A DNA stretch of 64,000 nt. Source: an uncultured Pseudomonadales bacterium (GTDB lineage Bacteria > Patescibacteriota > Microgenomatia > UBA1400 > PJMF01). The stretch covers positions 329,718 through 393,717 of the forward strand of contig CAZUHV010000001.1 in assembly GCA_964620965.1 (NCBI GenBank), read 5' to 3'. Positions 38,559 to 47,928 of this stretch are shown one piece after another. A program made the position numbers and the translations under genes. The notes beneath the pieces were generated by a model. The model saw only the letters and a program-made list of their open reading frames with translations. It had not been told where the DNA came from and made no database searches. Each line of letters opens with the position of its first letter. Position 1 is the first letter of the stretch.

Positions 38559-39298
38559 AACCAGGCATGATTTTACAGCTCGGCGAGCACGTCCTCGCTT
38601 GTGGAAATAGTACAGACAAGGAGTTTGTTAAAAAAGTAATTGGTGATGCTACTATTGCATCCCTTCAAGTTGACCCTCCATATGGGATCGCAATTGCTGA
38701 TTCATCACTTAACCCCACCAAGCATAAACCACTTGTTAATGACCACCTGCAGTCTGATGAAGATTATGCCAAATTTACCAGAGACTGGCTCGAAGCAGTT
38801 GAACCATTTTTAGCGAGGAAAAACTCGGCTTATATCTGGAACTCCGACCGTATGGTCTTTGCACTGCGACAGGGCATGTTGCAGTCTGGGTTTAAGGTGT
38901 CACAGATGCTTATCTGGGTCAAATCACAACCAGTCATTGGCAGACTAGACTATTTGCCTACCCATGAGCTCTGTATTTACGGCTGGTACGGCACACATAA
39001 ATTTCATAAAGCTAAAGACAAGTCAGTGTTGTTTGCTCCAAAACCACAAAAAAGTAAGTGGCATAGTACACAGAAGCCAGTGACATTGATTCGACGGTTA
39101 ATACTTAATAGTACCGAGGTGGGAGACACAATCTATGACCCATTCTTGGGCAGCGGCACAACCTTGTTAGCCAGTCAGCAGACACTTCGAAAATGCATCG
39201 GCATCGAGCTCATGCCCGAATACTGCCAAGTTGCAGTTGACCGCTGGGAGCGTTTAACTGGTCAAAAAGCGACCGTTAGAAAGGACTCTCATGAATAA
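38549..39298 (+). CDS. Phage-type N6/N4 DNA methyltransferase
   Basis: DPPYG, HSTQKP, DPFLGSGTT. Confidence 0.92.
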   Translation: MQIKPGMILQLGEHVLACGNSTDKEFVKKVIGDATIASLQVDPPYGIAIADSSLNPTKHKPLVNDHLQSDEDYAKFTRDWLEAVEPFLARKNSAYIWNSDRMVFALRQGMLQSGFKVSQMLIWVKSQPVIGRLDYLPTHELCIYGWYGTHKFHKAKDKSVLFAPKPQKSKWHSTQKPVTLIRRLILNSTEVGDTIYDPFLGSGTTLLASQQTLRKCIGIELMPEYCQVAVDRWERLTGQKATVRKDSHE

Positions 39299-39713
39299 AG
39301 ACCTGCAAGATCGCACGGCTATTAATCGTAAGCTCATGCTAGAACAACTCCAAAAGACACCGATCGTGCAGGTGTGTTGCGAAAAACTGAATATTTCCCG
39401 TTCAACCTATTATCGCTGGAGGGAGGAAGACTCAGAATTTGCCAAACAAGCAGATATAGCGTTGGCGGAGGGAGTGGAACTGATTAATGATCTCACTGAA
39501 TCGCAGTTACTGTCAGCCATTAAAAATGGAAACATCAGTAGCATTTTTTACTGGTTGAACCACAGACACTCTGCCTACAGTAATAAGTTAGAGGTTACTA
39601 CAAAAGTCGATAAAGAAACATTAACGACCGAGCAGGAGGAGCTCATTAAAAAAGCTCTCGAACACGCATCACTCATTATGAAAGGAGGTCACAGTGATAC
39701 CAATAATCAATGA
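39291..39713 (+). CDS. HTH protein, probable terminase small subunit
   Basis: ISRSTYYRWREEDSEF HTH, ESQLLSAI..G...IFYWL; directly upstream of TerL. Confidence 0.75.
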   Translation: MNKDLQDRTAINRKLMLEQLQKTPIVQVCCEKLNISRSTYYRWREEDSEFAKQADIALAEGVELINDLTESQLLSAIKNGNISSIFYWLNHRHSAYSNKLEVTTKVDKETLTTEQEELIKKALEHASLIMKGGHSDTNNQ

Positions 39714-41259
39714 TGACCTTCTGAATAAAGTAATAACAGAGCGACCACTGCGGGTGTCAGTAACGAAGGAGAGCTTGCTGTTTTTTTCATCAGTCTACTT
39801 TCCTCACTACTTTGGTACCGACTTTGCCCAGTTCCAATACGACATGATCCAAATCATGGAAGACAAGGAGTGTCAGTTTGCAGTTGTTATCACCTTTCGT
39901 GGATCGGGCAAGTCGACCCTCTGTACTACTATTTCATCTTTGTGGGCAATCATGGGATGCCAAGAGAAAAAACACATTTTAATAGTGTGTGGTACTGTTT
40001 CCCAAGTTAAGGATCAAATGGCTACCATTAAGGATGAGTTGGAAAGCAATCAACTCTTGCGGTCTGATTTAGGCCCATTTAAAGAGAGCACCAATGAATG
40101 GAACTCTACATCATTAGAGTTTTCTAAGTACCAAGCCAAAATTACTGCAGTTTCAATTGATCAAAATATTCGTGGATTACGGTACAAACAACATCGACCT
40201 GACCTCATTTTTGCGGATGATATTGAAGACTCGTCATCAGTTAAAACCAAAGAAGGTCGCAAACGCATTCAAGAACTCTACAGTAGTGAAATTGCCCCAA
40301 TTGGTGATCTAAAGAAAACCAAGATGGTTTTACTGGGTAACTACCTACATCCCAACTCACTGCTGGCTACTCTGCGTGAGAAGATTAGAGCGGGGAAAAT
40401 TCATGGTCGGGAGTTGTTCGTGCCAATCATGAGCGAAGATGGTGTACCAGCATGGCCTCAAATGTTTCCTACAGAAGAAAGCCTAGAACAACTCAAAGAG
40501 CGGTTAAGTGATCATCGTGCTTGGATGCTGGAGTACATGCTCAAAGCTGTCGGTGATGAAGACCAGTTGGTCACCTACAACGACATTGCTTGGTATGACC
40601 AAATACCCAGAGGCTGGGAGCCTTACTTCCAATTTAATGCCGCTGGAGTTGACTTAGCGATTAGCAAGAATGATCGAGCTGATCTGACCGCCATCGTGCC
40701 AGGAAGCGTGTATAGGAATAATGGTGTTTTTCACCTGTTCATTGATCCTAACCCAACTAATCGCAGGCTAAACTTTCGAGAAACGGTCGACTTTTTGATG
40801 GATTTTAAGAACGTCTACCCAGACACCCACCTCTTTATTGAAGGTGGCAGTTACCAATCATCTTTAACTGAGCAACTGCTCCACGAAGGAATTGATGCTC
40901 ACAAGGTGGATATCGGCAAATTAAGCAAGTTAGAGCGGTTGGCGGCAGTGGCATTTTGGATCCGTAAAGGTCAAATTCACTTTCCCAAGGATAGGTGCAC
41001 AGACCTTGTAGACCAAATGGTGAACTTTGGTTCAGAACCACACGATGACTTGGTGGATGCCATGACGCTCTTAATTTTGCAGGTGATGCACTACGCCAAA
41101 ACCGGCGAGTTCCCTTCATCATTAAGTAGCGAAGGCATTCGCATTAGAGCATCAGTGCAAGATTGGCGAAAGCCACGCAGTTTAGAGGTGTACAACAGTA
41201 ATTGGCTCAGAAGACTAGGAATTGATAAGGGTGTTTGGGGTACTAAACGAGGTCACTAA
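39694..41259 (+). CDS. Phage terminase large subunit
   Basis: FRGSGKST Walker A, RPDLIFADDIED Walker B, GVDLAIS...D and HDDLVDA nuclease motifs. Confidence 0.9.
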   Translation: MIPIINDDLLNKVITERPLRVSVTKESLLFFSSVYFPHYFGTDFAQFQYDMIQIMEDKECQFAVVITFRGSGKSTLCTTISSLWAIMGCQEKKHILIVCGTVSQVKDQMATIKDELESNQLLRSDLGPFKESTNEWNSTSLEFSKYQAKITAVSIDQNIRGLRYKQHRPDLIFADDIEDSSSVKTKEGRKRIQELYSSEIAPIGDLKKTKMVLLGNYLHPNSLLATLREKIRAGKIHGRELFVPIMSEDGVPAWPQMFPTEESLEQLKERLSDHRAWMLEYMLKAVGDEDQLVTYNDIAWYDQIPRGWEPYFQFNAAGVDLAISKNDRADLTAIVPGSVYRNNGVFHLFIDPNPTNRRLNFRETVDFLMDFKNVYPDTHLFIEGGSYQSSLTEQLLHEGIDAHKVDIGKLSKLERLAAVAFWIRKGQIHFPKDRCTDLVDQMVNFGSEPHDDLVDAMTLLILQVMHYAKTGEFPSSLSSEGIRIRASVQDWRKPRSLEVYNSNWLRRLGIDKGVWGTKRGH

Positions 41260-41455
41260 GCTTCACCTTCAGTACCTTAGCGATTTTCTGGAGTACTTCC
41301 AGCGAGGGGACGTTACGTCCTTGCTCTATGTAACCCATGTAGGCACGACTGACACCAACCTTAAAAGCAACTGTTTCCTGTGACAAACCAGTTTCTTTAC
41401 GAGCTTTCTGGACTTTTTTGCCAAGCACTTTGGGCAATTTGGCATTTTTTCTCAT
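41243..41455 (-). CDS. XRE/Cro-C1 HTH regulator (controller-protein-like)
   Basis: LGKKVQKARKETGLSQETVA...SRAYMGYIEQGRNVPSL. Confidence 0.9.
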   Translation of the reverse strand: MRKNAKLPKVLGKKVQKARKETGLSQETVAFKVGVSRAYMGYIEQGRNVPSLEVLQKIAKVLKVKLSDLV

Positions 41456-41567
41456 GCCCTAATTGTTTAGTGAAAAGGTGTTTCACTCCACTTATTGACA
41501 GTTAGCAATTTAGCCTGGTATTGAGCTTGCTTTTATGCTAACTCTGGCTTATCATTAGTCAGGATAT

Positions 41568-42671
41568 ATGCCAATAATTGTGTCCCAAAATGGGAGAAAC
41601 GCCACTAAATTAGACAAAATCAGCTTCGGTTTGGAGAATAAACTACAAGCTTACATCTACGATAATCCAGAAAGCATTCCTTTGTATGACATTAAAGACG
41701 ATATTCGCTTGCTGATTCTGGCTCGGGAGTTTGGCACAACTAGTGGACCCATCGATGCTGTAGGTATTGATGGCGATGGTCAGCTCTATTTGATAGAAAC
41801 CAAGCTCTATAAGAATCCCGACAAACGAACAGTAGTTGCTCAGGTTTTGGATTATGGTGCTTCACTCTGGAAAAGCCTTAACGACTTTGATGACTTCCTT
41901 CTCCAGCTCAACGGTCATGTGCAAAAGAAATTTGGTATGTCAGCGACTGAAAAGATTAAAACCTTCTTTGGCATTGATGATGAGCGATTACAGACTGTAC
42001 TAGAGCAAATGAAGCTTAACCTAGATGAAGGCAACTTCAAGTTCGTAGTGCTGATGGACAGCATGGAAGACAGGCTTAAAGATCTAATCGTCTACATGAA
42101 CCAAAACAGCAAGTTCGATATCTATGGCGTGGAGTTGGAGTATTACCAACATGATAGTTTTGAAATTCTCATCCCGAAGATTTACGGTGCTCAAGTCAAA
42201 AAAGATGTGGGTAGCAAGCGAGTGAGTTCAACGGTTATCTCTGACGAAGAATTTATCCAAGCCTTTGAACAGCCAGTGCAGCCAGTTGTGCAAAGTATCA
42301 TGCAACTAAGTGCTGACATTTCCGCAGGGGGCATATCCATTCAGGGATTATCGAGTCGTAAAACTCCTAAAAACATCAACTTCTACTTCACCTACTCTGA
42401 CCAAGAGAAAAATGCACTAACTGTAACGATCGGAGTAAATGGTGGCATTGCTGGCAAAACACTAGACTTCTGGTGTAATAACCCAGAGAGATTGGAGCAA
42501 GTAACTACTTCTATTCAAGAGGTGCTCGGGATTGAAACTAAACACCTACCAACTGGTACAGGTTATGGCATTGTGGCAAAGTGGGATTTAAAGGAAGTGA
42601 GTATAGACAAGCTAATTTTATTGTTTGAACATATTGTGAAACTTAGAACAATCGAAAGTTCTAGTCTATAA
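41568..42671 (+). CDS. NucS/EndoMS-like PD-(D/E)XK nuclease domain protein
   Basis: E..LQ, REF..SGPIDAVG...LIETKL...VAQVLDY. Confidence 0.75.
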   Translation: MPIIVSQNGRNATKLDKISFGLENKLQAYIYDNPESIPLYDIKDDIRLLILAREFGTTSGPIDAVGIDGDGQLYLIETKLYKNPDKRTVVAQVLDYGASLWKSLNDFDDFLLQLNGHVQKKFGMSATEKIKTFFGIDDERLQTVLEQMKLNLDEGNFKFVVLMDSMEDRLKDLIVYMNQNSKFDIYGVELEYYQHDSFEILIPKIYGAQVKKDVGSKRVSSTVISDEEFIQAFEQPVQPVVQSIMQLSADISAGGISIQGLSSRKTPKNINFYFTYSDQEKNALTVTIGVNGGIAGKTLDFWCNNPERLEQVTTSIQEVLGIETKHLPTGTGYGIVAKWDLKEVSIDKLILLFEHIVKLRTIESSSL

Positions 42672-42678
42672 TGAGCAT

Positions 42679-42876
42679 ATGAATAAAATAATGATTAGGG
42701 TGTTTCTGCTATTAGCTGGTATTGCTATCACATTTCATTATTTACTCCCTGCGTTTGCGAGAAACCAGTGTGCTCACAACCTTCAAGACAAGTCTAACTA
42801 TCAACTGGAACGAGAGAAGGATGTTTATAGATATCGCTTCTTCACTTGCCTTTCGTATTATGGAGTTGAAAAATGA
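42679..42876 (+). CDS. Small exported or membrane-anchored hypothetical protein
   Basis: N-terminal hydrophobic helix, two Cys; ATGA overlap with next gene. Confidence 0.55.
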   Translation: MNKIMIRVFLLLAGIAITFHYLLPAFARNQCAHNLQDKSNYQLEREKDVYRYRFFTCLSYYGVEK

Positions 42877-43283
42877 CAAGAAAACAACTTTTATTATCTG
42901 ATCTAAGAGAAAAACTAAATAAAAACAAAGCCTTTCCGATTTATAAGAAAAAGATTAGTAATGATGATTTGAAGTTGGTATTTACTGACAAAGAACTCAA
43001 GAAAAAATCTGGTCTCAAAACTTATACGCTTATATTTGGAATATTTGTTTTACTAACTGGCTTATTTTCAATTGACCTTGTACGAATGTTTGTTGGATTA
43101 GTTTTTGTATTTGTGTCAATGTTTATGGAAAACCCAAATATTAAATTCTTGAAGGAAAGAATTAAAAAAAGCCCAGATCATCTGATTAGTGCATTTGAAA
43201 ATGGTTTAGTAACTTTTCACCTAATGGGCGGTTTCGGAACTATTTCTAAAGATGATACCCAGTTGGTTGAAGATGAGGAATAG
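42873..43283 (+). CDS. Hypothetical two-TM membrane protein
   Basis: Hydrophobic hairpin at residues about 50-85; operonic spacing. Confidence 0.6.
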   Translation: MTRKQLLLSDLREKLNKNKAFPIYKKKISNDDLKLVFTDKELKKKSGLKTYTLIFGIFVLLTGLFSIDLVRMFVGLVFVFVSMFMENPNIKFLKERIKKSPDHLISAFENGLVTFHLMGGFGTISKDDTQLVEDEE

Positions 43284-43286
43284 CAT

Positions 43287-44204
43287 ATGAGTAAAGTTGT
43301 GAAACATGGTGACTCGCATGGTATCTATAGAACTGAGGATGGTGAGATTATTTATGGAGAAAGTCGTTTTGTTTTCATCAAAAACTTAAGCTATTACCTC
43401 GCTGAGTTAAAAATTTATGCCGATGGAATGGTTGATTGCTGGGGGTTGATTGATCTTGATGAATTAAAAGAAAAACTTGATAGTGGTTGGATAACCTTAA
43501 GTATTCCCAATGGAGCAAGTGTTGATATCCACATGTTAAGCTCACTTAAAGTCAGTGAAGCAAATAACTACATATCAAATCAGGAATTCCTCAAAGAAAT
43601 TCAAGACACCATCTCTGATTTAAATGATCAGCCGACTTCTTTAGAATTGTGCAGAAATGCATATGAAAAATACCTAGACGATAAAAGTACTGAAAACAAA
43701 ATAAAGTTAAGAAAAGCTTACTATGCTATGCCGAAGCATATGAGACACTTTGTTTTGGGAGATATGCAGGCGAAAGATTCACCAATTACATCAATTATCG
43801 ATACAGTGGACTTAGATGAAGTTGAACCAAAATTTCCATTTAAAAAAGATGAAAAATTCATTGAGTTATATAAGCAAGTTGCTCAAGATAAAATTCCTTA
43901 TTATTGGGCAGTGATAAAAATTGATGGCATTAAGCCGTTTAGTGATGCTGATGTTGAAATTGAAGATAGTTTTAGAAAACATTTCTTAGAAAAATATACT
44001 GAGGGCAAGCCTATTTCAATTCATGTATATCAGGATGGTGATGTTTTCATTATGAGTGATGACTATATGAGTTTTACCCTTTATAAGGGACTAGGTGTGA
44101 AGACAATACCTTGTTTAGTAATGGGAGATCCTGTCGGAGACCACGTGATAGATAAAATGAAAATCCGCTTTCAAGCACCAACAGTTGTAGTTAATCAGGA
44201 GTAA
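43287..44204 (+). CDS. Two-part hypothetical protein with a ParB/Srx-like C-terminal domain
   Basis: N-terminal YADGMVDCWG..LDSGW motif; C-terminal PISIHVY...MSDDY...LGVKTIPCLV. Confidence 0.55.
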   Translation: MSKVVKHGDSHGIYRTEDGEIIYGESRFVFIKNLSYYLAELKIYADGMVDCWGLIDLDELKEKLDSGWITLSIPNGASVDIHMLSSLKVSEANNYISNQEFLKEIQDTISDLNDQPTSLELCRNAYEKYLDDKSTENKIKLRKAYYAMPKHMRHFVLGDMQAKDSPITSIIDTVDLDEVEPKFPFKKDEKFIELYKQVAQDKIPYYWAVIKIDGIKPFSDADVEIEDSFRKHFLEKYTEGKPISIHVYQDGDVFIMSDDYMSFTLYKGLGVKTIPCLVMGDPVGDHVIDKMKIRFQAPTVVVNQE

Positions 44205-44250
44205 CTTTCTAGCCTAGACTTTCCATCCTTTCGCGGTACCTTGTCGCTGT

Positions 44251-44388
44251 ATGGACAAGACTACATTGCTAAAACTCATTAAACGGTGTGAGTACTATTT
44301 CTATCGCTATCTCGTAACTGGCGACAAACGGCTCATCGATAAGTTTTTCCAACACAGTAGACGACTCAAAAATGAGGTTAGCAAATGA
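44251..44388 (+). CDS. Small basic protein (45 aa), not in ORF track
   Basis: MDKTTLLKLIKRCEYYFYRYLVTGDKRLIDKFFQHSRRLKNEVSK; similar to the next ORF and has the same upstream motif. Confidence 0.6.
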   Translation: MDKTTLLKLIKRCEYYFYRYLVTGDKRLIDKFFQHSRRLKNEVSK

Positions 44389-44450
44389 TGCCAAAAAACC
44401 TCGATTCCACAGCTAGACTTACCCAAGAATCGCGGTACCTTGTGTCCTTG

Positions 44451-44627
44451 ATGAAAGACATAATACCAGATCATAAACTTCAAAAAGCAATCAAGATTTT
44501 GGACCAATGCATATTTGCCATCAAATTTTATGAAAAAACTGGGCAAGACAAGTACATTGATGAACTTACTTGGGCGGTACGAAGACTGAATCAATTTTTG
44601 AACGAGAAAGGAGAAAACCATGACTGA
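44451..44627 (+). CDS. Small protein (58 aa) overlapping the recombinase start
   Basis: Probable start 44451 by analogy with the duplicated upstream motif (track gives 44385). Confidence 0.6.
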   Translation: MKDIIPDHKLQKAIKILDQCIFAIKFYEKTGQDKYIDELTWAVRRLNQFLNEKGENHD

Positions 44628-45924
44628 TATTCGCTACTGCCTATATGCCAGAAAATCGAGTGAGTCGGATGAGCGCCAAGCAATGAGTATTGATGGACAA
44701 ATTAGTGAGATGCTCAAGATTGCCAAGCGGGAAAAAGTAAATGTGGTTGAAACAATTACTGAAAGTCATTCCGCCAAAGAGTCTGGTCAGCGACCTGAGT
44801 TCAACATTCTACTCAGTAAACTATATGAAGGAAAGTTCAACGCTATTTTAACTTGGGCACCCGACCGTCTCAGTCGTAATGCTGGAGATCTAGGAAGAAT
44901 AGTTGATTTAATGGATCAGGGAAAGCTCATCCAAATAAAAACCTATTCGCAATCATTCACCAACAATCCTAACGAAAAATTCCTCCTCATGATTTTATGT
45001 AGTCAGGCAAAGCTTGAGAATGATAATCGAGGCGTGAATGTAAAACGAGGTTTAAGAAATAAATGTGAGTTTGGCATCAGACCAGGACTTGCTCCAATTG
45101 GTTACACCAATGTGTTGAAAGCTAACCGCATCTCAACAGTTGAACAAGATACACAGCGAGCACCCATTATTAAAGAAATCTTTGAAAAAGTTGCGTACCA
45201 AGGATACTCAGGCAGAATGGTTAAAAAGTGGCTCGATGACATCGATTTTCGAACCAAAAGTGGCTGTCGGATGCCTCTGAGTAAAGTCTATGTAGCTCTG
45301 CAAAATTCATTTTATTATGGTGAATTTCAATACGGCGATAAGTGGTACAAAGGAACGCATAAACCTCTGATCAGTAAGACTCTATTCGAGAAGGTACAGA
45401 TCCAACTACAAGTTGCTCCCAAGCAATGGAATAAACAACTTTTCCCATTCAAAAAGATTTGTAAATGCGGATCATGCGGTGGAAGCGTGACAGCTGAAAT
45501 TAAGTATCGAAGAACAAAAGCAAACCAAGTGAATACTCACATTTACTATCATTGTAATCGTATCAAAAAATATGACTGCAAAGAGCCATACATTACAGAA
45601 GAAGAGTTGATTAAACAGCTGATTGGTCATCTACCTGCAATCAAGCTCAACACAAAATATTTGATAGCTGAGTTTGAAACTGAAGTTAAGCGACTTCAGC
45701 ATCTAAAAGCTACGGTGATAGATAAATTCACGCCAAGGTTTGAACTAACACAGCATAATACTGGAGCTGAAAATACTGATGAAGTATCTAGCTCGCAAAC
45801 AGAAATCATTAGAGAATATTTGCTCCATGTACTTCAGTACGGAACTCCCGAGGAGAGATTGAAAATATTGGGTGGGGTGAAGTCAAAATTTGAATTGAAA
45901 GATAGAAAAATTGAGTTACTCTAA
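44620..45924 (+). CDS. Large serine recombinase (integrase)
   Basis: YARKSS catalytic Ser, DRLSRN, recombinase domain, CGSCG...YYHC...C zinc ribbon. Confidence 0.95.
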   Translation: MTDIRYCLYARKSSESDERQAMSIDGQISEMLKIAKREKVNVVETITESHSAKESGQRPEFNILLSKLYEGKFNAILTWAPDRLSRNAGDLGRIVDLMDQGKLIQIKTYSQSFTNNPNEKFLLMILCSQAKLENDNRGVNVKRGLRNKCEFGIRPGLAPIGYTNVLKANRISTVEQDTQRAPIIKEIFEKVAYQGYSGRMVKKWLDDIDFRTKSGCRMPLSKVYVALQNSFYYGEFQYGDKWYKGTHKPLISKTLFEKVQIQLQVAPKQWNKQLFPFKKICKCGSCGGSVTAEIKYRRTKANQVNTHIYYHCNRIKKYDCKEPYITEEELIKQLIGHLPAIKLNTKYLIAEFETEVKRLQHLKATVIDKFTPRFELTQHNTGAENTDEVSSSQTEIIREYLLHVLQYGTPEERLKILGGVKSKFELKDRKIELL

Positions 45925-45929
45925 AAAAA

Positions 45930-46433
45930 TTAAAGAACTGGTTCAAAATCCCATTTCGATTCGTAGTCTACAGCCAACGGGGTGTCAATTGGATAGCCAT
46001 CATTTTCCAAGCCTATTCTAAATCTTCTCAAATTTGTGTCGCTTTCCTCAGTCTTTGTAGACAACCAATATTGATGTTGTTCTCTAACGTAGTTAGCCAC
46101 AATATTGCTTGGTACAACAAAAAATCTAAATACTTGTTCAGAAGAGATATTTACGAAAATATAAAATAGATTGGGATCAACAATAGTTTCATGCTTCTCA
46201 GACATCATTCAGTCAAATGTATTGCCAAACATTCTTGATTTATATGCGTTGTCTCTATAGTGAGTTTTAACCTCAATTTTAAACATTCTTCCTGTTTCGG
46301 GGTCAGCCACCAAGATATCAACGCTTTTAGTATTACCCAATGTCATGTTGGCATCATAACCATACAGAGTAAGTTGAGATAAAACAGCAAACTCACCTGC
46401 CAAAGCAATAGAATTATTTGAAAGATTACGCAT
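45930..46433 (-). pseudogene. PD-(D/E)XK nuclease-like gene split by one in-frame TGA
   Basis: AGEFAV...VDIL...IEVKT; ORFs 46209-46472 and 45930-46208 are contiguous in frame across TGA 46209-46211. Confidence 0.75.
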
Positions 46434-46618
46434 TCCTTCAGTATAACAAGGAACAAAAAAGCTTAGAACCAACGACTTTTCCTTCCAAGCGTTTTTAGGC
46501 GATTTTCTAGCTTACAGGCCTCTTTTGCGACCCCCATGCCTTTTGTGGAAAATTAAGTAAGATACATCAATCTATTTGAGCATAGTAGGTGGGTCTTGGA
46601 GCAACCAAGGGGTGTTTG

Positions 46619-46702
46619 CGGAGGTGAAGGGATTCGAACCCTTGAATCCAATAAGGATCACGCTTTCCAGGCGTGTGCAATTGACCACTATGCGACACCT
46701 CC
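46619..46702 (-). tRNA. tRNA-Ser(GGA)
   Basis: GGAGGTG/CACCTCC acceptor stem, CACGC-CT GGA AA-GCGTG anticodon arm, long variable arm, GGTTCGAATCC. Confidence 0.96.
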
Positions 46703-46760
46703 AAAAAGTTCTGGTAAGAAATTTATTATAACAAAAAATCCAATAAAAACCTGAGAAGAT

Positions 46761-47243
46761 TTACTCAATATCCAGGTTTTCAACAGCCTTTACCATTCCA
46801 GGATGTCCTAAGAAACTGTCTTGCTTCTCTAAAATTTCTTCTCTTGAATACCACCTCGCTGCATAAATATCTTCTTGAGCTGGGTTGTGAGAGACATCAA
46901 GTGCTGGATCGCCCACTACGCTACATTGATATCCAATACAAACTATATGGACTCCACTTTTTTCTGGAGAATCGTGCTCCTTTTCTCCCAGAACAAAATC
47001 CCATGCTCCTACAACTTTTCCGACTTCAATTTCTAAACCAACTTCTTCTTGCACTTCTCTTTTAAGTGCAGAAAGTAAATCTTCACCAAACTCAATTCCT
47101 CCTCCAGGAAAATCAATTATTTCAACTGGATTACCTTCTCTCATAACATTTTCATGAATCATGAGGATCTTCCGCTCGTGCACAATCAGTGCTTTTACAC
47201 CAGGACGCATTCTTTGTTTTTGTTGCAAATGATCTGTAGACAT
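46761..47243 (-). CDS. NUDIX hydrolase
   Basis: PGGGIEFGE..ALKREVQEEVGL. Confidence 0.92.
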   Translation of the reverse strand: MSTDHLQQKQRMRPGVKALIVHERKILMIHENVMREGNPVEIIDFPGGGIEFGEDLLSALKREVQEEVGLEIEVGKVVGAWDFVLGEKEHDSPEKSGVHIVCIGYQCSVVGDPALDVSHNPAQEDIYAARWYSREEILEKQDSFLGHPGMVKAVENLDIE

Positions 47244-47315
47244 ATAACAGAATTATCTCACAAATATAAAATCGTTTATGAAGAAAAAACAACCAAAATT
47301 ATTTGAGCAAATAGA

Positions 47316-47738
47316 CTACCAAGCACCTAAAACGAAGCCAAACATCGTGAATAATACAAGTTGGTATCCAGCTTGAATAAGAAATCGTGCTCTTTTATTT
47401 TCTGATTTTTCATTTGTCCACATTGCTGAACCGGCAAGTGTAGGAACAATAAATGCAATCCAAACCCAAAATGCATTGGTTATACCAGAAACATCACTCC
47501 AGCCCTTAACATAATATGCAAAAACATATACCTGGAACAAAGTAATCAAAAACTGAACCATGTACATTGGACCAGCTTCCTTCTGCATTTTTTTAATTGC
47601 TTTTGTATCTTTTGGATCTGTTCCAAGAATTTCCATCCACTTTTTACCAAAAAGCGGACCATACCAAACCGCACCTAGAACCATAGAAAGTACAGCACAA
47701 ACAAAAACTGCCATATAATTAATTTGTAAATATTCCAT
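47316..47738 (-). CDS. DUF1761 family membrane protein
   Basis: INYMAV...LGAVWYGPLFGKKWM, FLIQAGYQLV. Confidence 0.88.
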   Translation of the reverse strand: MEYLQINYMAVFVCAVLSMVLGAVWYGPLFGKKWMEILGTDPKDTKAIKKMQKEAGPMYMVQFLITLFQVYVFAYYVKGWSDVSGITNAFWVWIAFIVPTLAGSAMWTNEKSENKRARFLIQAGYQLVLFTMFGFVLGAW

Positions 47739-47834
47739 ATACCGATCCTTTTTTATATAACTACTCACTCAAGTTTAGCATATTCTAATACACAACGAAA
47801 ATGTTATAATTCAAGTCTGAAGAAAATTAACAGT

Positions 47835-47922
47835 GGAGGCATCGCATAGTGGCCAATTGCAACAGGTTGCTAACCTGTACCAGATTTCTGGTTCCTGGGT
47901 TCAAATCCCAGTGCCTCCGCCA
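47835..47922 (+). tRNA. tRNA-Ser(GCT)
   Basis: GGAGGCA/TGCCTCC acceptor stem, ACAGG-TT GCT AA-CCTGT arm, long variable arm, GGTTCAAATCC, encoded CCA. Confidence 0.96.
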
Positions 47923-47928
47923 AGAAAT

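Larger units (their letters stand above)
19824..46641. mobile_element. Genomic island at the 3' end of tRNA-Ser(GGA), with serine recombinase, terminase module, defence cargo and att-like repeat array
   Basis: Right end is the tRNA 3' end beside a large serine recombinase; tRNA-end-like repeats at 20361, 21256, 21896 and a degenerate one near 19829; patchy composition; left boundary uncertain. Confidence 0.7.

Noticed and set aside
37260-45924. Complete prophage
   Set aside because: No recognisable portal, capsid, tail, lysis or replication genes.
46209-46211. TGA recoding (code 25 or 4) in this genome
   Set aside because: TGA terminates intact genes here (e.g. 18304, 39713) and long conserved genes show no in-frame TGA.
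46581-46604. GTGGGTCTTGGAGC just outside the tRNA 3' end resembling the att right arm
   Set aside because: Needs a gap, lacks the GCGGAG core and is short enough to be chance. The left arm at the tRNA junction also lacks GTTC, which is a caveat for the cassette model.
47833-47928. N-terminal extension of ORF 47833-49251
   Set aside because: It overlaps tRNA-Ser(GCT); the real start is most likely ATG 47929.
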